Of a stretch of 54,674 nt of DNA, positions 47,400-54,255 are shown one piece after another; positions within the stretch are counted from its first letter, which is position 1; every line of letters starts with the position of its first letter. This DNA comes from an uncultured virus (IMG/VR IMGVR_UViG_3300027851_000013). Taxonomy: Duplodnaviria > Heunggongvirae > Uroviricota > Caudoviricetes. The notes beneath the pieces are model-generated. The model saw nothing but the letters and a program-made list of their open reading frames with translations, was not told the DNA's origin and ran no database searches. The DNA is taken from IMG/VR virus record IMGVR_UViG_3300027851_000013. The stretch is one strand, 5' to 3'. The position numbers were made by a program, and so were the translations under genes.

Positions 47400-47736
47400 A
47401 CAAATGCGGGATAATGCTGCCAGGGATCCTCGACCCAATAGAGTGCTAGCTGTAGCCAAGGGAAAAAAGTTCTTTGTTCTTTACCACGAAGGACAGGCTG
47501 TAGAAGAGGCGCTGAGGGAGGAAACGCTGGATGTCATGATAGAAGACGAACCCGTACTTGACGGAGTCGTTGTGTGGGAAGGTGGCTGGGGCGTAACAGG
47601 AACGTCAGACTGGTCTCCTTCGATTCCAGAATATGGATTAGTAGGGACGTGGAGAGAGGCCACTCAGGAAGAGTGGAACAATTACCTTGCAGACGAATTT
47701 GTATGGGAAATATGGAGGGACGAAGATGCGGACTGA
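47389..47736 (+). CDS. hypothetical protein, paralog of N-half of 17651..18403
   Basis: GAGG RBS before TTG; shared motifs. Confidence 0.7.
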   Translation: MTFEQMRDNAARDPRPNRVLAVAKGKKFFVLYHEGQAVEEALREETLDVMIEDEPVLDGVVVWEGGWGVTGTSDWSPSIPEYGLVGTWREATQEEWNNYLADEFVWEIWRDEDAD

Positions 47737-47998
47737 GGAAACCAAATCGGGAGAGAGCGAACCCACAAAGGAAGAAGTAGTGGCCTTTGTAATGGGAAAT
47801 CGCACCATGCGAAGGATATTTCTTCGCACACGAATTGAAGAAGATGTTCCTCGTGCCTGGGTCCCTCTCACTCGGAAGGAAGAGCAAGAGCTTCTTGAAC
47901 GATATGATGTGGAACTGTGTGAGGGGTGCGAGGCTCTTGCCACGGCTCACGATAGTGAGGGTGTCCCTCTTTGCGAAGGATGTGTGGTGTGCCTGTGA
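47726..47998 (+). CDS. small zinc-finger protein
   Basis: GGAGG RBS; CEGC..D.EGVPLCEGC. Confidence 0.6.
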   Translation: MRTEETKSGESEPTKEEVVAFVMGNRTMRRIFLRTRIEEDVPRAWVPLTRKEEQELLERYDVELCEGCEALATAHDSEGVPLCEGCVVCL

Positions 47999-48117
47999 CT
48001 ATCAGTAAGTCCGAGCTAGTGATGTCGGTGACTTTGGTTTTGGCTTTTCTCGCTGCGACTGTTGTGTTTTCTTTCTTGTTTTACGCGTTGTTCGACCTTC
48101 TAGAGTTCACGCGCTAG
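47995..48117 (+). CDS. 40-aa single-TM peptide (not in ORF track)
   Basis: GTGA overlap; hydrophobic core. Confidence 0.45.
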   Translation: MTISKSELVMSVTLVLAFLAATVVFSFLFYALFDLLEFTR

Positions 48118-48128
48118 GGTGCATCAAC

Positions 48129-48302
48129 ATGGACATACACAGGCTAAGAGCAGCTCAACAGCTTGGTATTCCTCCAGAGGAAGTGACAGCAGAGCAACGT
48201 AACGCAGAAAAGGTACGTACCTTTGCTCGGCTTTACGGGGTTAATACTGTAGTTCCTGTTCCTGACCCTGACGAGCACAGGACAAAGAATGAAAAAGGAT
48301 GA
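48129..48302 (+). CDS. 57-aa stand-alone family A DNA polymerase fingers/O-helix-like protein (not in ORF track)
   Basis: MDIHRLRAAQQLGIPPEEVTAEQRNAEKVRTFARLYG: DIH plus motif B RxxxKxxxFxxxYG. Confidence 0.75.
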   Translation: MDIHRLRAAQQLGIPPEEVTAEQRNAEKVRTFARLYGVNTVVPVPDPDEHRTKNEKG

Positions 48303-48531
48303 GCTGTTGTCGCTCTTGGGAGACGTGAACACAGATATAAGCAATCGATGGGAAAATGGTGTAAAACACCATCCCAAGTCGATAGAGCTAGCAGAGATGA
48401 TAGCAGAGATTGACTTTCACCTGTGTTCAGATTCCTTTGACCTCAAGTTTGGAGGTGACGGGGACAATGGAGAAAATCTCCTATACATCCTCGACATATA
48501 CTTTGACTGGAAGGATAGGACTCAAACATGA
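48289..48531 (+). CDS. phage hypothetical protein
   Basis: RWE.G..HHPKS, KFGGDGDNGE. Confidence 0.7.
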   Translation: MKKDELLSLLGDVNTDISNRWENGVKHHPKSIELAEMIAEIDFHLCSDSFDLKFGGDGDNGENLLYILDIYFDWKDRTQT

Positions 48532-48821
48532 ACGGCCGCAGTTGTTGTCAGTGCAAGAGGCCGGGTGGAGTAGGTAAGAGAGAATTGCGTCCCTACGGAC
48601 CCAACGGTTCTGACATCTGTGCTGGATGTGTTTTTGGAGAAGAGGGAAGTGGGGCCAACCAAGAACTAGTAGATCAGGCCAGATCCCAGCTACAAAGGCA
48701 ACTAGGCAGTGCAGGAGAAAGTGTTATTGTCCTAGACGCAGCAAACCAAGTTGGGCCCAGGGCGCTAACGCCACAGGAAAAAGAAGACCTTCTAGGGCTA
48801 CCATTTGAAGATTCAAACTAG
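48528..48821 (+). CDS. small zinc-finger protein
   Basis: CCQC..ELRPYGPNG..ICAGC. Confidence 0.7.
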   Translation: MNGRSCCQCKRPGGVGKRELRPYGPNGSDICAGCVFGEEGSGANQELVDQARSQLQRQLGSAGESVIVLDAANQVGPRALTPQEKEDLLGLPFEDSN

Positions 48822-48822
48822 A

Positions 48823-49212
48823 TTACAGCATGTCTCGCACCAAGAGCATTGGTTTCCTTCTGTTCTTGTATATGGTGCGAATGCTGTGGTACAGTTCTGC
48901 GTCATAGTCCTTCTCTTTCAGTAGGACTTCTATCTTAAAGTCGTTGAAGTCGTAGTCTTCCTCTTGCTCGCTCCAAAAGCACTTCACTCTTGCTTTGTAT
49001 TTCCTCTTGAGGAAAGCTTCTTTCAGCGAAGATCGTAATAGGTCTGAAGACTCTTTGTCTAAAGGGTCTAGACCTCTTCTATTATGCGGAAATTGCGCAC
49101 TTATTTTTAGTAGTGGTCCGCCCTTTGCTGGCTTAATTAGGGCACTGTAGAGAGTAAGGCCAGCCTCTTCGACAACCCACTCCACAGTAGCTGGTACAAG
49201 TCCTGCAAACAT
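48823..49212 (-). CDS. hypothetical protein (isolated minus-strand gene)
   Basis: 129-aa ORF fills a gap with no comparable + strand ORF. Confidence 0.6.
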   Translation of the reverse strand: MFAGLVPATVEWVVEEAGLTLYSALIKPAKGGPLLKISAQFPHNRRGLDPLDKESSDLLRSSLKEAFLKRKYKARVKCFWSEQEEDYDFNDFKIEVLLKEKDYDAELYHSIRTIYKNRRKPMLLVRDML

Positions 49213-49254
49213 GACTACACTTTACACGATGCTAAATCTGAAGGGGAGACATAC

Positions 49255-49548
49255 ATGACAAAAGTTCAAGAGAGACTAGAAGACCTCATCAAAGAGGTGG
49301 GATGCCAGCAGGCCACCGTGGACTACATGGTGCAGTCAACTATTCCTAAAGAAGTTGCACGTCTCAGATCTCTCAAGAAAGATCTCCAAGAGGCTATGAT
49401 GTATCATGGAAAAGAATGCAAAGATTGGCTGGACCCACTAATTGAGAAGAGTTTGAGGCTTCTTGAGATGGAAGATCCTATCCAACTTGTGATAGGAGAG
49501 CACGTTGGAATGGCGGTCGTGAGTAAGCCTGTTCTCCCAACAAAATGA
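49255..49548 (+). CDS. hypothetical protein
   Basis: GGGGAG RBS. Confidence 0.65.
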   Translation: MTKVQERLEDLIKEVGCQQATVDYMVQSTIPKEVARLRSLKKDLQEAMMYHGKECKDWLDPLIEKSLRLLEMEDPIQLVIGEHVGMAVVSKPVLPTK

Positions 49549-49919
49549 ACGCAGAACGTTACTCCGCGAAAACTTTCGTATGGCTGCGTAAAACGATTTG
49601 GATATACCCTATATGGGTAGTTCCTGACGTGCTTAGGTGTCCTCTCGTGTGTGTCCATTTCAACAATGTTGTGGACAGGGCACCTGATGGAGTGTACAGA
49701 GAACGGGCAGTTCTTCACGTTGGGTCGAACCGTGTCCCTCCACGCCTAAAAGAATGTGGACACTCATTTGCTACAAGTAGCCCTAATTGGTACCACGAAT
49801 CTGGACGAGGAAAAGAAATAGAGGTAGATTCTGGCGTCTGGGAAAGAGAGGACGCTCGGAACAAAATAACTAATAAACCAAAGACAGTACAGCGTGGCTT
49901 TTATCCAGACCAGTGGTGA
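49545..49919 (+). CDS. hypothetical protein
   Basis: ATGA overlap. Confidence 0.55.
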   Translation: MNAERYSAKTFVWLRKTIWIYPIWVVPDVLRCPLVCVHFNNVVDRAPDGVYRERAVLHVGSNRVPPRLKECGHSFATSSPNWYHESGRGKEIEVDSGVWEREDARNKITNKPKTVQRGFYPDQW

Positions 49920-49945
49920 ATTATAGAACAGTGTAAAGAAGTCGC

Positions 49946-50641
49946 ATGAAGATACAGCGCATTTTCTTGTTAAGGCATGGAGAGTCTGAGGGCAACGTCA
50001 ACAGGGAGGTTTATAAAACCATTCCTGACCACGCCATTCCTCTCTCAGAAACAGGAAGAGTGCAAGCCAGAGGTTCCGCTCATCAATTCCTCGCCTATCT
50101 CAAGGAATCTCAAAAAGGAAGTATAGGTAGAATCAGACACTTGAGCGTCTGGACCAGTCCTTACTTACGCACCAGGCAAACCACTTCAGAGTTCATGTCT
50201 GTGGCCAAGGCCGGATTTACCGCGTATGACATCCAAGAAAATGTAATGCTGTGCGAGCAGCAGTTTGGCCTTTTTGACGGAATTCCAGAAGAGGAATTAC
50301 CAGTAAAGTTTCCAGAGGAGCACAAGCACTACAAGAAGTGTGAAGACTTCGAGGGAAGATTCTGGGCTAGGATGCCTCTTGGTGAGAGTAGATTTGATGT
50401 GGCGGTCCGCATTCATCAAATGTTTGGAACTCTGCAACAGGACGCTAAGGATCAAGAAAGAAATAACCTCCTCATAGTTTCGCACGGAGTCGCCATTCGT
50501 GCGTTTGTAATGCAGTGGTTACGATTACCCTTTGAATGGCTTGACTCGGAACCTAACCCAAAAAACTGCTCTGTTCGTCTAATCGAAGCAAATCGTGTGT
50601 CGGGGTACGAAGACAAAGGTTACATAGTTCCTGGGTACTGA
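49946..50641 (+). CDS. histidine phosphatase (phosphoglycerate mutase family)
   Basis: RHGESEGN, SPYLRTRQT, EQQFG, GES, IVSHG, N in PKNC. Confidence 0.93.
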   Translation: MKIQRIFLLRHGESEGNVNREVYKTIPDHAIPLSETGRVQARGSAHQFLAYLKESQKGSIGRIRHLSVWTSPYLRTRQTTSEFMSVAKAGFTAYDIQENVMLCEQQFGLFDGIPEEELPVKFPEEHKHYKKCEDFEGRFWARMPLGESRFDVAVRIHQMFGTLQQDAKDQERNNLLIVSHGVAIRAFVMQWLRLPFEWLDSEPNPKNCSVRLIEANRVSGYEDKGYIVPGY

Positions 50642-50649
50642 AGTAGTTT

Positions 50650-50907
50650 ATGGAAGACGAAAAAGAATACATACGGCCTCGCGATCTGGCCTTCTATGCA
50701 GAAGGCATAAGAGATGTCTTGGACCCTGTCTTAGACGACATGAGTATACCAAGAAAAGCAAAGATCGACCTACTGAAAAAGTTGGGTGATGCATATGCTG
50801 CACAAGAGAAAAAAATAAGGGAAGAGGACCATCCAAGCATTCTTGGTATGCACCGTTCCTTCTGGGACTACATGTGTTGTGCGGTACGACTCGCTGGCGA
50901 TTCATGA
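50650..50907 (+). CDS. hypothetical protein
   Basis: Tiling. Confidence 0.55.
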   Translation: MEDEKEYIRPRDLAFYAEGIRDVLDPVLDDMSIPRKAKIDLLKKLGDAYAAQEKKIREEDHPSILGMHRSFWDYMCCAVRLAGDS

Positions 50908-51051
50908 GTAGTAGCTTTGACATAACAGATCGCCTAGCCGCTATAAGAACAAGCAAAATCTAACAATCTACTTGGAGTGTGCGTGTACCATAAATCCGAC
51001 AAGTATCGTGATACGTGTTTGTTTTGTGGCGACCCCGAGGAGAGAAAATGA
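50904..51051 (+). pseudogene. small gene apparently split by a frameshift (ends CLFCGDPEERK)
   Basis: ATGA coupling at both ends but in different frames. Confidence 0.4.
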
Positions 51052-51491
51052 AACTGAAAAATGCAAGTGAATATGAATCCGTTCAGACCCTACAAACGAG
51101 CTACTTGCAGAAGGCAGGTAAGAGGGATGACGAAGTAGACCTTTATACCATTTTGGCAGACCACTCTAGTCTTAGTGACGAAGATTACGATACACCACTT
51201 AGAGCAGGTGTCTACGCCAAGTGGAATCTAGTAATGAGTTACATGGTTCTGCCATACGATATTCGTTTCGAGGTCAGCCGCCCTGTATACGGAGAGTTTG
51301 ACGCAGACCCTAATCAACTAGGGCTAGATGTTCTCTACCAAGGATCCTTGAAATGGGACGGCTGTATGAACTTTGAGCAGGCAGACCCTAAGTGCATGCT
51401 TCATGTGTGTGGTCCTAAGGAAATTGAAAATATGCAAAAAATGTTGACGCACGTGTGGGAACTAGGTCCCTACATGATGGGTTGGATGTGA
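51048..51491 (+). CDS. phage hypothetical protein
   Basis: GAGGAG RBS; G.LKWDGC.N..H.CG. Confidence 0.7.
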   Translation: MKLKNASEYESVQTLQTSYLQKAGKRDDEVDLYTILADHSSLSDEDYDTPLRAGVYAKWNLVMSYMVLPYDIRFEVSRPVYGEFDADPNQLGLDVLYQGSLKWDGCMNFEQADPKCMLHVCGPKEIENMQKMLTHVWELGPYMMGWM

Positions 51492-51546
51492 TGTTAAAAG
51501 ACCTTGACGCCAACGTTTCACTCTATAGCAAGCATAGGAGTCCTCA

Positions 51547-51843
51547 ATGAAGGTCACCCACAAAGGATTTTGCTGCGACCCAGAAGGATATATCAATGTC
51601 GCCAAGCGTGGAGAGACTATCGAAATCATCGATAAGGATGTTAGTCTCTCACTAAAAACACTTGTCAGCGATACGGCAGAAACCGCGTTAGGTTATGCAG
51701 GAGAGATGTGTGTCCAACAAGATCTTCTAATAATAGCGCTTGCTCAAGGTGACGCACACAGAGCGGGAGAGGCTCTTACTAAACTACTTCTGGCTAGGCG
51801 GAAGTACGACAACGCAATTATTTCCTCCAGTAAGAAGGGTTGA
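51547..51843 (+). CDS. hypothetical protein with Phd/YefM-like N-terminus
   Basis: AGGAG RBS; MKVTHKGFCCDPEGYINVAKRGETIEI. Confidence 0.55.
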   Translation: MKVTHKGFCCDPEGYINVAKRGETIEIIDKDVSLSLKTLVSDTAETALGYAGEMCVQQDLLIIALAQGDAHRAGEALTKLLLARRKYDNAIISSSKKG

Positions 51844-51858
51844 ACCCTGCCCATAGTA
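51843..51858 (+). promoter_or_regulatory. repeated motif copy 9
   Basis: AACCCTGCCCATAGTA followed by CGAGGAA-TTGT-TTCCTCG hairpin. Confidence 0.72.
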
Positions 51859-51901
51859 ATAGAAACGAGGAATTGTTTCCTCGCCGAAAGGAATAATTTC
51901 C

Positions 51902-52483
51902 ATGGGACACTACGTAGAAATCTCTTCCCTCCCCTCTTCCATTCAAGCCGCCCTCAAAGAAGCTGGGTACAACCGCAAGGACATTCAGGTTAACACGGCA
52001 GAAACGGTGTGTCCACGTCCCCCTAGCGCGCAAGGAAAGCGAGGCTTTACGGCGGTATGTGTCCTGGCAGATGACAGTCAGGAATACAAGATGACGTGGG
52101 GATCTTGGGGAGGCAGCAACATGTTCGTCAAGACCATTGACGATGTGCACGAAAATGTGGACATTCCAGAGAACGTGGCTTTCGTCATGGGTACATCGTC
52201 CAGTCCTGGGTATCCGGGATATGCGTACATTTACGTTCATCCAAAGAACATGAATCCAAGTCTTCTCCCTTCTGAGGGGTCCGTGTCGGAACGAGAAGCC
52301 AAGATTCTCGCTATCTTCCGTAGCCTGAAATCTGCCTATCGGAAGGAATACCTGGACGGGATGAAGGCATCCGACGAAGAGATTACCTCTCTCGTTTCTC
52401 GCGGGTACCTCAGTCGAAACAAGGCTGGGGCCACCGCTATCACCACCCAAGGCCGAAATGCCTCAGCAAAGACGTATTACTGA
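51902..52483 (+). CDS. hypothetical protein with winged-helix-like C-terminus
   Basis: AAGGA RBS; GSWGG.N; L...GYL..NKAGA..IT..GRN. Confidence 0.7.
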   Translation: MGHYVEISSLPSSIQAALKEAGYNRKDIQVNTAETVCPRPPSAQGKRGFTAVCVLADDSQEYKMTWGSWGGSNMFVKTIDDVHENVDIPENVAFVMGTSSSPGYPGYAYIYVHPKNMNPSLLPSEGSVSEREAKILAIFRSLKSAYRKEYLDGMKASDEEITSLVSRGYLSRNKAGATAITTQGRNASAKTYY

Positions 52484-53079
52484 TGCACAAATATCTTCTC
52501 CTCTTTCTAGCGGGATGCGCGCTAGATCTTTCTGCACTACAACCAGAGGATTCTGAACCCTCTCTTGACTCTGGAATTTTTGACTCCTCTTTCGACACTT
52601 TTCGAGATGTTCTCATAGAGACGTCTACGGAAGAAGACGCTGGTCCTGACGCATACCTAGAAGATGCCGACCTTGAAGACGCCGGCCTTGAAGATTCCGA
52701 TTCGGGCTTTGACGCAGGTCTGGACTCCGAAGTAGATTCTGGAACTGATTCGGGAATCGACTCAGGAATCGACTCAGGAACGGATGCAGGAAGAGACTCC
52801 GGTTTTGACGCTGGAGTGGACTCAGGAAGGGATTCTGGAGTCGATTCAGGGTCTAGTTGCCCCTGCGCCCCTCCGCTGACTTGTTGTGGCGGGAGGTGTG
52901 TTGACATCCAGACAGACGAACTCCATTGTGGTGCGTGTAATTCCGCCTGCCAAGCAAACAGAGAATGTCGTAGCGGAATGTGCATGTGTGGGAGTTCTCT
53001 GTGCCAACAAGAGTACTGCTCTTGTACATCTTCCCTCATGTGTGAGGGTGCACACCCACTGTGTCTTCCGGGTACCTGA
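52483..53079 (+). CDS. lipoprotein with Asp-Ser-Gly repeat stalk and myxobacterial-type Cys-rich domain
   Basis: Lipobox LAGC; DSG/DAG repeats; CCGGRCVDIQTDELHCGACNSAC. Confidence 0.8.
   Translation: MHKYLLLFLAGCALDLSALQPEDSEPSLDSGIFDSSFDTFRDVLIETSTEEDAGPDAYLEDADLEDAGLEDSDSGFDAGLDSEVDSGTDSGIDSGIDSGTDAGRDSGFDAGVDSGRDSGVDSGSSCPCAPPLTCCGGRCVDIQTDELHCGACNSACQANRECRSGMCMCGSSLCQQEYCSCTSSLMCEGAHPLCLPGT
52672..52855 (+). repeat. low-complexity 12-bp-period repeats encoding D(S/A)Gx
   Basis: For example GACTCAGGAATC GACTCAGGAACG. Confidence 0.7.
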
Positions 53080-53080
53080 C

Positions 53081-53347
53081 ATGAGACTTGATTTCAGAAA
53101 ATGGTCCGAATTCATGTCTCTTCCAGTGTGCCCTCTATGCCAGAGCAGGTCTTGCTCTCGCATTGGAAGCTGTGACCCTCACGCACAAATCGACAGAGCC
53201 ATTGCAGTGTGTGCCATGGCTCACAAACACTTCACTCCTCAAGAACTTTTTCTCTCCGGATCTTTTGCTGGAATGAGCGAACAGCAGTTTTATTTCGCAC
53301 TAAAGGCAGGGGAAATCCTCTCAACCCTAGACGAGGAGGAGACATGA
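53081..53347 (+). CDS. small Cys-rich protein
   Basis: CPLC..C..C; ATGA overlap downstream. Confidence 0.55.
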   Translation: MRLDFRKWSEFMSLPVCPLCQSRSCSRIGSCDPHAQIDRAIAVCAMAHKHFTPQELFLSGSFAGMSEQQFYFALKAGEILSTLDEEET

Positions 53348-53661
53348 ACGACGGCCCCATCTCAGTGCTGCTGACAAGCAGGAGTAAGGGAGACGAAACG
53401 CCTAGATTCGAGGGACTTCTCTTTTCCAAAGGCAACAAGCTGGCTCGCGTGAGGAATGCCGGAACAGGGGGCATGTGCACCTTCGACTGGATTGATCCCT
53501 ACAATAAAAAATGGGCAGAGGATAACTTTCTTCCCTTGATGGTAAAGTATGCTATACTGGACTATCCTGAGTTTGAGGATCTCTTTCGCTGTCACCCCTA
53601 TGAGGCTCTTTCTCTGCTGATTCTTGCTTTTGTAGACAAGAAGCAAGCAAAGGGTGCATGA
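53344..53661 (+). CDS. phage hypothetical protein
   Basis: GAGGAG RBS; ET..F...L...G......N.GTGG. Confidence 0.7.
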   Translation: MNDGPISVLLTSRSKGDETPRFEGLLFSKGNKLARVRNAGTGGMCTFDWIDPYNKKWAEDNFLPLMVKYAILDYPEFEDLFRCHPYEALSLLILAFVDKKQAKGA

Positions 53662-53836
53662 CAGAAATCTTCCAGTGCCCAGGAAGACAGCAGAGGAATG
53701 GGCACTAGATGCGGCAAAAGCGGAAAACTTTCCGTATGTTATCTGGTGGATCATGAACAGAGGGTACATACCTCTACCTAAGGGAGAAAGGCCCTCTTGG
53801 CTCTTTTCCGTTGAGGTAAAGGAAATCCTGCCCTAG
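53654..53836 (+). CDS. hypothetical protein
   Basis: Overlap tiling. Confidence 0.5.
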   Translation: MHDRNLPVPRKTAEEWALDAAKAENFPYVIWWIMNRGYIPLPKGERPSWLFSVEVKEILP

Positions 53837-53849
53837 AAAATAAAGAGAT

Positions 53850-54101
53850 ATGGATTGGCGCAGCCCACTTGATGAATTCACCCTTCGCTTTCTCATTTCG
53901 CAGTTGACTGCGGATAGGGAGCATTACCTTCGTATGGCCAAGGAAGTGAAAACCACCTTGGAAGACGGAGCGGGCGAAAACTTCATGATCAGGGCTGAAG
54001 AATGTGGAAGAATCGTCCACCAGATGAAGAGACAACTGGACAAGTTGATTTCCGTTCCGCCTCCTCCGCCTCAGGACCCACGTGGTCCACGATGGCCTTG
54101 A
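53850..54101 (+). CDS. hypothetical protein
   Basis: Tiling; Pro-rich tail. Confidence 0.55.
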   Translation: MDWRSPLDEFTLRFLISQLTADREHYLRMAKEVKTTLEDGAGENFMIRAEECGRIVHQMKRQLDKLISVPPPPPQDPRGPRWP

Positions 54102-54155
54102 CTTTTCGCAAAATCGTCTATCTTAGAACACACGCCCAGACTACAAATGGGGCCG

Positions 54156-54171
54156 AACCCTGGCCATAGTA
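54156..54171 (+). promoter_or_regulatory. repeated motif copy 10
   Basis: AACCCTGGCCATAGTA followed by GACGGCGA-TAT-TCGCTGTC hairpin. Confidence 0.72.
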
Positions 54172-54255
54172 GATAGGGTCGACGGCGATATTCGCTGTCA
54201 AACTTCAACAGTGCTCTGTTTCCTGTAAGATAGCAACAACAACTGGAGAATGAAC

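Noticed and set aside
43554..51848. N4-like hairpin promoters AGGGT-NNN-ACCCT
   Set aside because: Present in only 2 of 10 copies (43561, 51843); the others lack the upstream arm
51818..53039. 210-aa and 199-aa minus-strand ORFs
   Set aside because: Shadows of better-supported + genes; PES repeats mirror DSG repeats
51504..54124. Sigma70-like TTGACG..TATAGC and TTGACT..TATCTT
   Set aside because: Spacers of 14 and 15 bp are too short to call
3592..54171. Repeated motif as CRISPR repeat or integron attC
   Set aside because: Copies are kilobases apart and only about 15 bp; no regular spacers, RYYYAAC/GTTRRRY box pairs, cas or integrase genes seen
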